Shown: positions 27,016-41,106, numbered from the stretch's first letter. The stretch is DNA of 64,000 nucleotides from Octopus sinensis (GCF_006345805.1 NC_043012.1:3906001-3970000); one strand, 5' to 3'. Notes: generated from the sequence alone by a model not told the origin. Numbers and translations: made by a program.

Positions 27016-29369
27016 TATATAATACTATATGTGTATAATGTGCCATTGGCACATGAAAAACACCCTTTACACTCTCAGAAAGGTTGGCATTAGGGAAAGA
27101 CATCCAAATCAGACTGAGACCTGGTGCAGCTCTCTGGCTTGTCAGTTCCAGTCAAACTGTCTAACCCATGCCAGCATGGAATGCAGATGCTAAATGATGG
27201 TGATGGTGATGATGATATATATACATACATTATATGTGTGTGTGTGTGTATTCTCTTTGCAATATGAATGTTAATGTAACTAATTCCCTCTAGCATTCAT
27301 AATCTAGCACTTTATATAGAACATGTAATGCCTAAAGGATATATAACTATTCTAACTGTGAAATTTTATTGGCAATTATTCAGTTGCCTGCAGCTAATGC
27401 CTACTACCTACCTATGACTGCTCCTAACTATAGATCCTGTTGTCAAAGAGTTAAAACCAGTTCACATTTACAATTGCTAGCAGCAGCAGCAGCATCGTTT
27501 GCAATGGCTGCTGCATATAATATTCCAAGGGAAGTCAATGCACTAAGAACCGAAAGAGGCATACACATAGAGAGAGAGTATGGTAAAGAGGAGAAAAAAA
27601 TGAGACTTGGGCCTTGTTATTTTCAAATGTATTAATTTGGTATTGATGAAATTCTAGATAAGCTGCTGCTTCTGCCAACAAAGAAATCATATACATCACC
27701 TAACATTACAGATTCTGAGACAAGCACAAGGCCTCTCAGTGGTAAAGAAATGGATGATATGCTGTTCATATCCATCCATAAGGGGCATTAACAATAGATG
27801 AGATATTAAGTGAACTTCGCTTCTCACACTCCAAATCAACCCTAATTGAAAAGACTTCATTATCAAAGGTGATCTTGCCCAGGCCCCTTTGTCTTATTTC
27901 AGATATTATGCATCTTGGGAAACAACAACATTTCTTTCCAATTTTTTTTAAATGTGATTTGCAGGGAACTTGACTGCTATTTCTAACAGGTCAAGTGCCC
28001 ACCAAAAGATTCTTACATTGGCCTTGTCGAGTGATATGTTATACAGCAAAGTAGTAGACACTTTTACACACCAAGGCAGTCTGAATAATGTTCTGGTTAT
28101 GTCAATAAACTTGTGTCTCATTAACAAAATATTGATTTTGTTGAAACTTAATTTCATTAATAATGTTTGAAAATTAGATTAAAAATTAAGGAAGAAGGGG
28201 AATACAAAATTATAAAGTAGAAGTGAATGAAATAAGTACGACCTTTAGATGGAAAAGGGAAGCATCTAAATACAGATAATTTATGATATTATACTTTATA
28301 ATAATAATACATGAAATTATTAAATAAATAAAAACTTCAAACTTATACAACAGGATCCAACTGTATAGAGCTTTCTTGCATTATTTAAATTAGGGTAATA
28401 TTTTCTTACAGAGTCATCTAACCCTTACATGCATGTGCAGCTTACATATACTGAAAGACCATATTATAACCATGAACCTACAGACACACTTGTTTTCTCT
28501 AGTTTTTTTTCCCCCCAACTCTTTCTCCAAAGTCAGCTGCTCTTTTATAAGCAAACTAACTCTTTACAACTTCTGTTTCAGCCCACCTGATGCACACACA
28601 ACTTATTAATACTTACTAAATTTTATTTATTGAATATGTAGTAGTCAATCCATTCCTCACTGCTTAGCCCCAGGTTATTCATACGATCAAAGCATTCTAG
28701 TGATAGCAATACAAGTTTCTTTTTTCAAAATATATTGTATCTGGAACCACATTGAGCAATGTGTGCTTCCATCTTTAAATAGTTAGTGTGTTTTGAGGGA
28801 TATTGGCTGCTATTTCTAGCAGATTGAGAATCTACTTATAAATGTCATGTGTACTTCTTCAAATGATTGAAGATAAAATATCATCATCATCATCGTTTAA
28901 CATCCATTTTCCATGTTGGTATGGGTTGGATGGTTTGACTGGGACTGACAAGTCAGGAGGCCTCAACAGGCTCCAAGGTTTCTACAGCTGGATGCTCTCC
29001 CTAAGGCCAACAACTCCGAGAGTGTAGTGGGTGCTTTGTATGTGCCACTGGCATGGGAGCCAGTCAGGTGGCACTGGCATCAACCACAAACAGATGGTGC
29101 TTTTTATGTGCCACCGGCATTTATATGTATATAAATGCATTGAGTAAGAGCTCATGCATGATTATGACAGCACTGAAGGTGAATAAGACTGTCTTGGTTG
29201 AAATTGAGATCAATGAGTAATCAAACACCTATATTTCTTTAGAGTTTTATAAAAGATAGAATTATTTTAAAGTAAAGAAAAAAATGTGTTCTTACAGAGA
29301 ATGAATTAATCAAATGCTCTACGAGGTTATTATTACTATTACTATTATTATTATTATTATTATTATTAT

Positions 29370-30860
29370 TTAGAATAATTAGCATGCTGGGTGAAATGTT
29401 CATCTTTATGCTTTGAGTTCAAATTCCACTGAGGTTGGCTTTGCCTTTCACCCTATTAAAGGTTGATGAAATAGGTACCAGTTTGCATGGGGGTCGATGT
29501 AATAGACTAACCTCCTCCCAAAAAATTTCAGGCCTTGTGCCTATAGTAGAAAGGATTATTATTATGATGATGATGTAGAATAATTAGCATGCCAGGCGAT
29601 ATGCTTAGCGGCATTTCATCCTTTCAGGGTCGATAAATTATGTACCAGTGAAATATTGGGGTCAATGTAATCAACCAGTCCCTCCCTTTCCACTAAATTT
29701 CAGGCCTTGTGTCTTTAGTAGAAAGGATTATTATTATTATTATTATTATTATTATGGTTAGTATGCTGGACAACATGTTTTCTCACTCTTTACCTTCTGA
29801 GTTCGAATTCTGCCAAGGTCAGCTTCACATTTAATCCTTTTGGGGCCAATAAATTAAGTACTAGCTGGGGGTCGATGTAATTGACTAGCTCCCTCCCCCA
29901 ATATTCAGGTCTTGTGCTAATTATAAAGATTAATATTATTATGAAAGGCAGCAAGCTGACAGAATCGTTAGCACGCTGGACAAAATGCTTAGGAGTATTT
30001 TGCCCATTGCTATGTTATGCGTTCAAATTCTGCCGAGGTTGACTTTGTCTTTCATCCTTTCGGGGTCGATAAATTAAGTACCAGTCAAGTACTACGGTCA
30101 ATGTAATCTATTATACCCCTCCCCACAAATTCCAGGCCTTGTGCCTATAGTAGAAAGGATTATTATTATCTGTTTCTTTATTACCCATAAGGGGCTAAAC
30201 ATAGAGGGGACAAACAAGGACAGACAAAGGGATTAAGTCGATTACATCGACCCCAGTGCGTAACTGGTACTTAATTTATCGACCCCGAAAGGATGAAAGG
30301 CAAAGTCGACCTCGGCAGAATTATTATCATCATCATCATCACCATCATCATCATTAAGGTGGTGATCTGGCAGAATTGTTAGTGCACAGGATCATTAGAC
30401 AAAATGCTTAGCAGTTTTTGCCCATCGCTACGTTCAGAGTTCAAATTCCGCCAAGGGAACACCAGGGGTGGGGTGTGCGGGTAATTGACTCATCCCCACC
30501 TGCCCCGAGCTGCCCTTGTGGCAAAAATTTGAAACAATAATAATTATTATTATTTGGGGGATTGAAATAATAAAGTACCTAGTCAAATACTAAGGTTAAT
30601 GACATTGACTATCTCCTTCCCACTAAAACTGTTGGCCTTATGCCAAAATTTAAACCATCATCATCATCATCATTACAACTTCTACTACTATTACAACTAT
30701 TTATTTATTCATGCACTACATCAGATAAATAGTCAAATGCTTAGCCTTTTGGTGCTCGGCCCTATTGATTATACTGACCCCGAAAGGATGAAAGGCAAAA
30801 TTAACTTCAATCAGATTTGAACTCAGAATGTAAAGAGTTTATAACTAAAATCTGCAATGC
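29370..30860. mobile_element. Stack of about 7 SINE family B copies joined by (ATT)n/(CAT)n
   Basis: Repeated GAGTTCAAATT...GGGGTCGATAAATTAAGTACCAG...GGCCTTGTG units, mostly on the plus strand, with two on the minus strand. Confidence 0.85.
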
Positions 30861-31589
30861 TCTAATTTTCAAATGATTTTGCCAATGTACAGCTTAATAC
30901 ATGTTATATAATCTTTATAAAAATCTCAGCAAGAAACAAGAGCAGCAAAGAATTCAATCTCATATAAAACAAACTACTTGCTTGCTTTATTTGTAGCTTG
31001 AATATGTTCTCATAGTTTGCACAATGTTTATAGCTAGCTGCTGTAGTTGCTTGACAAACTAATTCAACAACTACTAACAAGTGCAGCTAATTAAAGAAGT
31101 TATATCTCTACCGGATTTAAACATATCAAACCAGCTGTTTCCTTCAACATTAATAAATACAGTAGTCATTGCAATTAACTGGCACTCTGTTAGTTACAAT
31201 GATGAGAGTTTTAGTTGATCTGATCTACAGAACAGCTTGCTCATGAGATTAATGTGCATGTGGCTGAGCACTCCATGGCCACATGTACCCTTAATGTAGT
31301 TCTCAGGGAGATTTAGTGTGATACCGAGTGTGACAAGGGTGGCCCTTTGAAATACAGGTACCACACATTTTTGCCAGCTGAGTGGACTGAAGCAGTATGA
31401 AATAAAGTGTCTTGCTCAAGGACACAACATGCCTCCAGGAATTGAACTTATGACCTTATGATCATGAGTCGAATGCTTTAACCACTAAGCCACGTGCCTT
31501 CACTCATTGCAATTAGAAGTTATTTTTTAAGTCATCAATAAGATTGTAGAATATTTTTAAACCACAAAAAAAATAAATGAATAAACCTC

Positions 31590-32001
31590 TTACTCTTTAC
31601 TCTTTTACTTGTTTCAGTCATTTGACTGCAGCCATGCTGGAGCACCGCCTTTAGTCGAGCAAATCGACCCCGGGACTTATTCTTTGTAAACCCAGTACTT
31701 ATTCTATCGGTCTCCTTTGGCGAACCGCTAAGTGACGGAGACGTAAACACACCAGCATCGGTTGTCAAGCAATGCTAGGGGGACAAACACAGACACACAA
31801 ACATATGCACACACACTTTTATATATATATACATATATACGACAGGCTTCTTTCAGTTTCCGTCTATCAAATCCACTCACAAGGCATTGGTCGACCCGGA
31901 GCTATAGCAGAAGACACTTGCCCAAGATGCCACGCAGTGGGACTGAACCCAGAACCATGTGGTTGGTTAGCAAGCTACTTAACACACAGCCACTCCTGCG
32001 C
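31590..32001 (-). mobile_element. SINE family A, young full-length copy
   Basis: Near-identical to the reverse complement of 63135-63513. Confidence 0.85.
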
Positions 32002-34104
32002 CTGGTGAGATGTTTTGATTTTTTTTTTTTACTCTTTCCAGTTATTGCACAGAGCCCATGCTGAAGTACTGACTACAAGAGTATAGTTGAATATAGCTCA
32101 ATCCCTAATACATACACACTGGTACTTATTTTATCGTCCCTGGGACAAAAGGCAAAACTGAGTCAGTAGGATCTGAGCTCAGAATGTCAATGGACAGAAT
32201 CAAAAGCCAAAAAGCATTTGACTGATGTTCTACTAATCCTACTATATGGAAATGAGAAAAAAAAAAACAAAAAAAAAAAAAACTCTTAAATAGATTCCAT
32301 GAATAAGTTAAACATTATTTAGTTACTATTTTCAGGAGCTTAATTTCAACAAGTCTGTCATTTCTATCAACAACTCCTAAGTTCAAACAGACGCAATGTA
32401 GCTTGTTGCAAGAGATAATTAAATTAGTATCTTAAATAATGGCAATTAAGTTTTGACTTTAATCTGAAAGAAAGACACAAAATAAACTTATTTCTGATGT
32501 TCATTTTAAAGAAAACACACACTTTTCTCTGTTGTTATGACACTTTGTCACGAGAAAAATTGAAAAATTATTTACAAAGATAATAGCTGGGTGTCTAGTT
32601 GGATTCCTCTAAGTATCAAACAAATCCAATCACACTTCGTATTTTGGTAAAAATTATAAGAATGACAATTCATAAAGCAAGGTTATGCCTATCATCTGTC
32701 AATCAGGGACATTTCATAGATAGAGACAGACATATCCTTGCCAGCACTAGTGGGACATATCCGTGGTACATTAGTGTCTACCACAGATAGTATTCTTCTA
32801 GCTACACACAGACATTGGAACAAGAAATATGAACTCATGATTTTAGGATATGAATTTAATTAAAACAACCATTTCTAAAACAGTTGAAACTGGCTTTGCT
32901 GTTCAATTTACAAAAGAGACAGTGGAAATGTGTTGATGGGTCAATAAGGACCAATCAAGCACAGAGCTCTTTTCCTAGAAAATTTGTGTACTTGGTGCTT
33001 AAGTCACAAATCATCATCTTAATCAGTAATAGTTGTGAAGATGTCTTTAAATTTGCTTATGCCACATTCCTGGCAACAAGAGCCTTCATTCCTGACACCC
33101 CATGTGACATACACACACCCAAGTCTACAGAGGTAATTGTAGGGTTATTTCAAAAAAGATTTTCCAAACCAAAAAAGATATTTCAGAGTGAGAGATGAGA
33201 ACCTCTAGACATAAGCCTGCTTTATCAGGCTGACCTGGTACTAAACAACCAATAGACAAACAAACTAACAAGTGAAGCCTTCATGTCATCACTTAACCTG
33301 CTAGAAATAGCAGTCAAATCCCATTATCTACCAAAAAAGGAAGGCTACAGTCTTAGAAAGAATGTCTGGCCATAGCTAGATTTTAATCACGGATCTGCTT
33401 ATCAGGCTGACCTGGTACTAAACAATCAATAGAATTAGATAGAGCATAAGGAAATCCAAACTGCAACTATCTTGACTATTAACTACATTAGTAACTATAT
33501 GGAAAAATAAATGCAGTCAATGAGGCTTTGGTTTCTATTTTTGTTGGTTTTATTTCCCTTCCTTCCACTATCACTCTATAAATGAAAGTGTGATTAAATT
33601 CAACAGCAGCCATTGGAAACAACCTTGGCTGTTGTTGCAGGATGGGCTTCAACACCTAATAAACATAATAAAGGAATTACATCAAATTGTAATTAAACAT
33701 TTCTGACAAAAGACATAAAAATTTTAGATAAGACTTAAATTTATCTTGGAAGAAACACACACAAAGAGTTTGTTCAAACGTGCTAAAATATAAATGCTTT
33801 TGTTACATCCCTTTGTGCTCTGAGTTCAAATCCTACTATATAGTTGACAAAATAAGAAGCAGTGAAGGACTAGGGTTGGCACAATTGATTTTACCCACTG
33901 CCCAAATATCTGTGGTATTGAACCTACGCTGGAAATCAAAATACTTAAGTACACTGATTACTCTCAATGTCCATAATGCCTACAGTGCAATATAATTGAC
34001 CCTAAACAAATAACAGGTATTTGCTACACTGACCAGGGATAAAATGAAGTTAACTACAGCAGAATTTGATCATGAGACATAGAGGAACAAAAACTAAACA
34101 CCGT

Positions 34105-34495
34105 TTACCTTTTACTGGTTTCAGTCATTTGTCGGTGGCCATACTGGGGCACCACCTTGAAAAGTTTTACTCAAATGAACTGACTCCAGGATTTTTTTTT
34201 TTTTTAGCCTGGTACTTATTTTATTGGTCTCTTTTGTCGAACTGCTAAGTTACAGGGACATAAACACACCAGCACCAGTTGTCAAGTGGTGGGAGACACA
34301 GACACAAAGATACCTATCCACAACCACACATAAATATACGACAGGCTTCTTCCAGTTTCCATCTACCAAATCCACTCACAAGACTTTGGTCAGCCCAAGG
34401 CTATAGTAGAAGACACTTGCTCAAGGTGCCATGCAGTAGGATTGAACCTGGAACCATGTAGTTGGGAAGCAAGCTTCTTATCACATAGCCATGTA
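34105..34495 (-). mobile_element. SINE family A
   Basis: Collinear with family A, CpG-decayed. Confidence 0.8.
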
Positions 34496-34635
34496 GATCA
34501 TTTAATATGATGTAGTGTCTAAGTCAATGCACTGCCTTAATATATTAAGATATCTCAATTCCTGGTGAGGAAAAGTGGACGGTCGTTTATTAAGATACCT
34601 CTACCCCCAGTATGTGATTTACTAGCCATCTAAGT

Positions 34636-34874
34636 CAGTGGTTCTCAACTGGGGCCCATATGACCCTTGGAGGTCTATTTAAGTTTTTGTTATTAAAATT
34701 TGTGTCCAATAAATTGGTTATGATTCTGCAATACAGAAAATATTTTAACAACTCCGAATGAAATTTAACTATAAAAATATAAAAGGATTTTTTAATCACT
34801 GAATATCTGAGGGTCTACTGGAATAAAGTAGGAATCAGAAGAGACCATAGGTAAAAAATGGCTGAGAACAAGTG
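34636..34874. mobile_element. hAT-type MITE
   Basis: CAGTGGTTCTCAAC...GCTGAGAACAAGTG with TSD atctaagt/atctaaat. Confidence 0.75.
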
Positions 34875-36180
34875 ATCTAAATACTGATCACTGACCCTTT
34901 CAGCTAATTTGTCCAGGTTATTCATTACTATGCTCGCAGAACTGTTGTTCTCAATGTCTCTCGCCCACTGTCTAACACACCTATGTTCCATATCTAGGAA
35001 TTGGTTAGATTACAAGTACAAGCTGACTTCTTTCTGTCACACCAGTGCAGAAGATATAAAAATATACTGAAAACTGAAATCCCATTTATAAATAAAATAT
35101 TTATATTCTGACAGTCAAGATCTGTTCAACACAGCATGATTATATATAGATAAAGATGTTGGATGATAAACAAATGACCATAGCTATTTATTTTAATTTG
35201 TATGTATGAAGACCAGAAAATATTCCATTCAATTAATTTTAACTGGATATAATGATAATATAATCTATAACAAGTGCATAATAGGGGGGGTAGCAAATTT
35301 TTAGTGAATGAAGTTCATAATCTGCTTTTCGTGAATAGCTAAAAAGTATTTGGACCTTTGGAAAATTTTAAAAAGATCCAAACATTTCATTTATTTTGCT
35401 CATATCATAAGAAAGTTAATAATAAATCATCAATGTTTTATTTATTTCAATTAAACAAAACAATGGGAGATTATTTGAGGTTAGTCATAAGGACCGTTAA
35501 GGTCAGTTTCCTAGCTTCTATGGTGTACATGTGGAATACCAGATTGTCATATGGTTCCTCATTTTTGCCACCTGAGTGGACTGGAGCAATGTAAAATGAA
35601 GTGTTTGGCTCAAGTACACTAGGTATTGCCCAGTCCAGGAATCGAAACCACAATATTACAATCATGAGTCCAGCACCCTAACCACAAAGCCAATCACCTC
35701 CAGATTATTTAAGCAAAGCTATTAATTATAGAAGAAATGAGTAATACACTGTGTTCATTGAAAGAAAAGTGGTGTTGGAGTAAACATCTTTGAACTCAAA
35801 TTGTTTTTTTTCATTTTGTTTTTTCTGAGTTGATATCAAAACAGGTGAAGTTTACCTGTCACCTTTGCTTTTACTCTTTTTAATGTTAATAAGAAGTTGT
35901 AGTGTGGTACTTGGTTTTTTTGAAATGACACATCACATTCACAAATGTTTTCATATTCTAGCATTAAATTAAACAACCTGTTTTTACCTTGTGGTGTTTA
36001 ACTGAAGTTGAAGGCCAGAAGAGGAGGGTGGGGAGGGGGTATTTAACAAATCTTATGACCTGAGGGTGGACAAGTCGACAGAATGCAAAGATGTAGACTT
36101 CAGCAATGTGACACTGTCAGTAATAATTGTTCCTAACATAGGCACAAGACCTGGAATGTTGGGAGTGGAGTGGGGTGCTG

Positions 36181-36503
36181 GTGAAGGTGCATAACTCAGT
36201 GGTTAGAGTGTCGGCTTACAATCATGAGGTGGTGATTGTGTTCTTGAGCAAAACACTTTATTTCACGTTGCTCCAGTTCACTCAGCTGCAGAAATGAGTG
36301 GCAATGTCACTGGTGCCAAGCTGTATCAGCCCCTTTGCCTTGACCTTAGCCAAACATCAGTGGCATGAAGAGGGGAGGCCGGCATGCATGGCGACAGCTG
36401 GTCTTCCATAAACAACCTTGCTTGAACTTGTGGCTGAGAGGGTAACTTTCTAAGTGCAATCCCATGGTCAATCATGACCGAAGGAGGTCTTTACCCCTTT
36501 ACC
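36181..36503 (+). mobile_element. tRNA-derived CORE-like SINE
   Basis: GGTGCATAACTCAGTGGTTAGAGTGTCGG head and TGTGTTCTTGAGCAAAACACTTTATTTCAC core-like segment. Confidence 0.7.
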
Positions 36504-36730
36504 TGGGGAAGGGCGAGAGACAGTGAGGTTGGTCAATTGCATCAACTCAAGTATTTAACTGTTATAGTATTATATTGAGCCTGGAAGGCTAAAAGGCAAA
36601 ACTGATCCCAGTAAGATCTGAACACAGAATGCAAAGAGCTGGGAAATACACTGACATAAATTTTAACAATTCCGTCAATCTACCAATCTGACTAATAATA
36701 ATAATAATAATAATAATAATGATAATAATA

Positions 36731-37097
36731 ACAAGGGCACTCAGAGAGCGCAAACCTCCACCAAGGCAACATCAACATCCTCTCAACAATTAGCTGGAGA
36801 TGATCTTTAAAGTGAGAATATCTGAAATAAACGTGACTGCTCTCACAAACGAGAATACTAAAAATGAACACGACTGCTCTCAAAAATTAAGTAAAAAAAA
36901 AAAAACAGGAAAAATAATCCAGAATCCTTGTCTGGTACCAGATCAATTCCAAAATCTAATCAGTTCATGCCAATCACAGGGCCAAACATCCCAAAAAGTT
37001 TTATCCAAATCCATTCAGCAGTTTTTGAGATATCTTGTCCACAGACAAACAAACATGACTGAAAACAATACCTCCGCCTTCACTAGGGTTGAGGTAA
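36731..37097 (+). mobile_element. Helentron-associated (HINE/DINE-1-like) non-autonomous element
   Basis: 5' ACAAGGGCACTCAGAGAGCGCAAACCTCC, an internal short tandem duplication, an ACAGACAAACAAAC microsatellite and a 3' ACCTCC...GAGGT hairpin, inserted in (AAT)n. Confidence 0.65.
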
Positions 37098-37129
37098 TAC
37101 TAATAATGGTTTCAAATTTTGGCACCAAG

Positions 37130-37720
37130 CCAGCAAGTGTGGGGGAGGGGGCAAGTTGATTACATCAACTCCAGTGCTCTGCTGGTACTTATTTTATCAG
37201 CCCTGGAAGGATGACAGGCAAAGTAACCTCAATGGCATTTGAACTCAGAATGTAAAGCTGGAAAAAATGCCACTGACCATTTTGTCCAGTGTACTAACAC
37301 TTCTATCAGCTCACTGCTTTAATAACAGTAATAATAATAATAATAATAATAATGGTTTTACCACAAGAGCAGCAATTTGCGGGGAGGGGATGAGTCAATT
37401 ATATTGACCCCAATATTCAACTAGTACTAATTTATCGACCCTGAAAGGATGTAAGGTAAAGTTGACCTGGGCGGAATTTGAACTCAGAACGTAAATAATA
37501 ATAATAATGATAATAATTCTTTCTACTATAAGTACAAGGCTTGAAATTTGGGGGCAGGGTACTAATTGATTACAGTGACCCAAATTCTCAACTGATACTT
37601 ATTTTATCAACCCTGAAACATTAAAAGGCAAAGTCAAACTTGGCAGGATTAGAACTCAGAATGCAAAGACAGATGAAATGCTGCTAAGCATTTTGTCCAG
37701 CATGCTAACAATTCTGCCAC
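37130..37720 (-). mobile_element. Three tandem SINE family B copies
   Basis: Three collinear units separated by (AAT)n, with CpGs largely decayed. Confidence 0.75.
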
Positions 37721-38026
37721 CCAATAACAACAACAACAACGAATGAAAAATAACCCATCAATTCAATTTCTACACCTTCCTCTTTAATAAATAGGCTTTG
37801 AGTGTAATCAATAAGAAATCAATATTAAGTAATTAATGAACAGTAGCAACATGCCAAAAAGAAGAAAAAAATCATGAAACTAGTCGTGGTAGTAACTTGC
37901 CAGTTATGTAACAGTTGTATTACATATTTACTGGATAGTACCTCTGCCCCACATCTATACTCTGTTGTTAACGGTGGTGGTGGTGGTAGTGGTATTGCTT
38001 CTGTTTTTACCCAGGAGAATATCATC

Positions 38027-38312
38027 ATCATCATCATCATTTAACGTCCATTTATCGCGCTAGCACAGGTTGGACGATTCAACCGGGGTCTGGGAAGCCT
38101 GGGGCTGCTCCAGGCTCCAGTCTGATCTGGCAGAGTTTCTACGGCTGGATGCCCTTCCTAACGCCAACCACTCCGCGAGTGTAGTGGGTGCTTTTTATGT
38201 GCCACCAGCACAGGTGCCGGGGGGGGGGGAGGCGTCCGGCATCGGCCACGTTTGGATGGTGCTTTTTATGTGCTACCAGCACGGAAGCCAGTCAGGGCGG
38301 CGCTGGCATCGG
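38027..38312 (-). mobile_element. RTE-type 3' tail with (GAT)n end (other copies near 5100-5215, 22075-22308, 27050-27215, 28880-29120, 48265-48400)
   Basis: The minus strand has GGAAGGGCATCCAGCCGTAGAAAC...GGACGTTAAATGATGATGATG, typical of RTE-clade 3' ends. Confidence 0.65.
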
Positions 38313-38730
38313 CCTATCATACAATGAATACAACAGCAACAACCAACACAAGGACATGCAACGAACCAATGCAAGAGTTCCTATATAATTGCTTGACATA
38401 AAAATTAGTAGCCAAATCTTCCTCAAATCACACTGCCATTCCATAAAAACACGAAGGACACATTGAATAATGTGGTCTTCTAAGATTCATTAGTGATGGA
38501 TAATGCCTATGTTATTTGTTCCCACTCTCTATGCTCTGAGTTCAAATCCCACTGAGCTCAAATCTGCTTTTTATCCCTTTGGGGATCAATAAAAAAAAAG
38601 TATCACTACAAGGCAGTGGAACTAACAATGTCAGTTGTATGCCTTGTGGTATTTGTTCTGGTTCTTAGCATTCTGAGTTCAAATTCCACCATGGCCTACT
38701 TGGTCAGTAGACTTAATCCACTGTCTAGAC

Positions 38731-38984
38731 CAATGTTTCCCAACCTATTTTCCCCTAGGCCCCTCTATAACTATCCAGAAAAATGCATGCCCACTGGTGG
38801 TTGGAAAAAAAAAACAACTTTATTTTTAATATTTTTTTTATAATTATTTAATACAAAATAATCTGCCAGTAACTCTTTTTATTAAGTACTGAGTACAAGA
38901 ATGAAAGTACATTACTGACTAAGAAAGAAAAAAATTGGATTCATCTTCCCACTACAATTTTCCCAGGCCCCACAGGTATCACTG
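38731..38984. mobile_element. hAT (Charlie-like) MITE
   Basis: CAATGTTTCCCAACC...ATCACTG flanked by a perfect gtctagac duplication, the NTCTAGAN target typical of Charlie-type hATs. Confidence 0.75.
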
Positions 38985-41021
38985 GTCTAGACCAATGCCT
39001 CCATTTGACATGTTGAGTGACTTTAGCAGGGTCCACTCTTTTGCAAGTATTCAGGGCATTCCATAAAAAAAGAAAAAGACTGACCCAGGACCAAAGAAAG
39101 AGAACATCAAAAGAGAATTAGAGAGAGGTAGAAGACAATATATGACCAGGGGATCGATTCTGGCTACAAAGGAGGGCATCTCTGACCATTGAAGTTAGTC
39201 TCAAGGGTGACACCAATACTATCTCACACTCAGGTGAATTGTTGTCACCTCATGTTTATTGTCAGATACTACCTAATCATTTGTCCCAGTTAGAAGCTGA
39301 GCTGATTCAACAATCAGGAACTCATTAATGTCATTGTCAGGCATGTGGAGAATGTCACCTAGTTGATTCAAACACTGGAACTAAGTAAAGTAGGAGTGGA
39401 CGATTGTTATTGTTGTTTTATGATACAATTACATTGTGCCCCACCTATTTATTTCAAAGACTTTATAGGGTGACTTGAAGGTATTTGGCAACTATTTCTA
39501 GCAGGTCAGGCGACCACATAGAGGTTCTCTGAAATTAGTTTTTTAGGCCAACACAAATTCACATTTGATTGAACAATCCTAAGATTGAAGGCATTCCTGC
39601 ATGACTATATACATCATTCTTGGTTTTTGAATTTGGTTTGCAAGATTCTTGATGTGAATTTGTGTTGAAACAAATATTGTTTGTGTCTTGGGAGAGTCAT
39701 TACACCAATAATTAATAAAACACACACACAGGTCCAATTCCACTTCTTTATAGTCAAATGGTTAAATATCTAACCAACTAATTGATCATTTTTTTTTTAA
39801 TGTGGTGGTTATAACATTGATGTTGTTTAGACTCAGATCAAGAAGACCAATGATCAATGACATTAGAGAGGTTGGGGTGGGGGTTCAGACATAGTTTACC
39901 TCAGACTGAATTATTCAAGATGTCTTGCTCCTTTTTCGAAACAGTTATGTGAAGTTTGAGAGATATGTGACTGCTAACTATAAAAGTTTTGAGGGCCCAT
40001 GTAGAGCCCGTCATTGGTTCGTTTATAAATTTGTAAAATCACGTTGATGTTCGATCAATAAAAATCCTAAGTTACCATTCATGTAATATAATGAAATTCT
40101 AAGATTTTAATCTAAATAAGAACATTTATTTTCAGAATAATTTCCTTTTCAAGAATAAATTCTAAAATAATTTTTAATTCATTTAATGTCTTCTCAAAAT
40201 TAGGGTGGTAGTTGTCCGTAAAATAGGGTTCCAAGCCAAAATAAAATTAGAAAACTCGGAGACAAACGATCGAGTTAACCACCGAGTAGCACAGACCTGC
40301 AGGAAATAGCAGCTTAAAGTCACTAAAACCACACCTTAACATTTTAAGAAAGGAAGGACACATTGGACGATATCGTCCTAGGTAACCATAAAGACGGGAT
40401 GGGCAAGGCTGGAATGCCATTAATCATAGATGTATACAATTAGGGTTAATTAGGGTCTAAACAAAACAAGGTAAATTATCCATACACCAAAAGGCAAAGG
40501 TAAAGAATACGCACACCCAGTGTTTAGGGTTAGGGTTTTAATTACACCGAAAACGGGTGGTGTGCGTATTATTTACCTCAGTTTACCAAAGCGGTTAACC
40601 AATGTAGAAACACAATAAACACCTGCAATGGATTATCACTCCATCTATGGATCTATGGATACCCGATATCCAATATCGGGTATCTCGTACGTTACGGTCT
40701 GAAACAATTCAATTTTTCCCTATTTTGGTTTGAACCCCTAAATTTTCCCTCGTGCACAAAGAAACTTTATCGCAACTACAGCTTTTCAACCGTAAACACT
40801 ATACGAAATACTAAAATACTACGTATCATGCACTGTACGAAATTCTATTGAAGATTACTGCATGTGCTAACGCGCATGCGCAAAAAACACGAATCCGCGT
40901 GTTTACTATTTTTTGAAGGAAAAAGAAAATCTATTCCAAACCCTAAAGTTAACGGGAACCACCGAATATTTTATCCCCTCGGCTATTTTAATATCCACCA
41001 CTAACCTGTCCTACCGCTGCT

Positions 41022-41023
<2 letters not shown>

Positions 41024-41106
<83 letters not shown>

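Noticed and set aside
28017-28080. 64-nt minus-strand pseudo-exon with a gtaaga donor (would be a poison exon)
   Set aside because: Weak acceptor and no independent support; expected by chance.
32884-33198. 104-aa plus-strand ORF with an internal acceptor and donor
   Set aside because: No recognisable domain and no other plus-strand exons to chain it to.
34896-34993. Protein-like minus-strand stretch DMEHRCVRQWARDIENNSSASIVMNNLDKLAER with splice-like ends
   Set aside because: Its open frame is incompatible with the phase 2 of intron 2, the donor is weak, no partner exons were found, and I do not recognise the protein.
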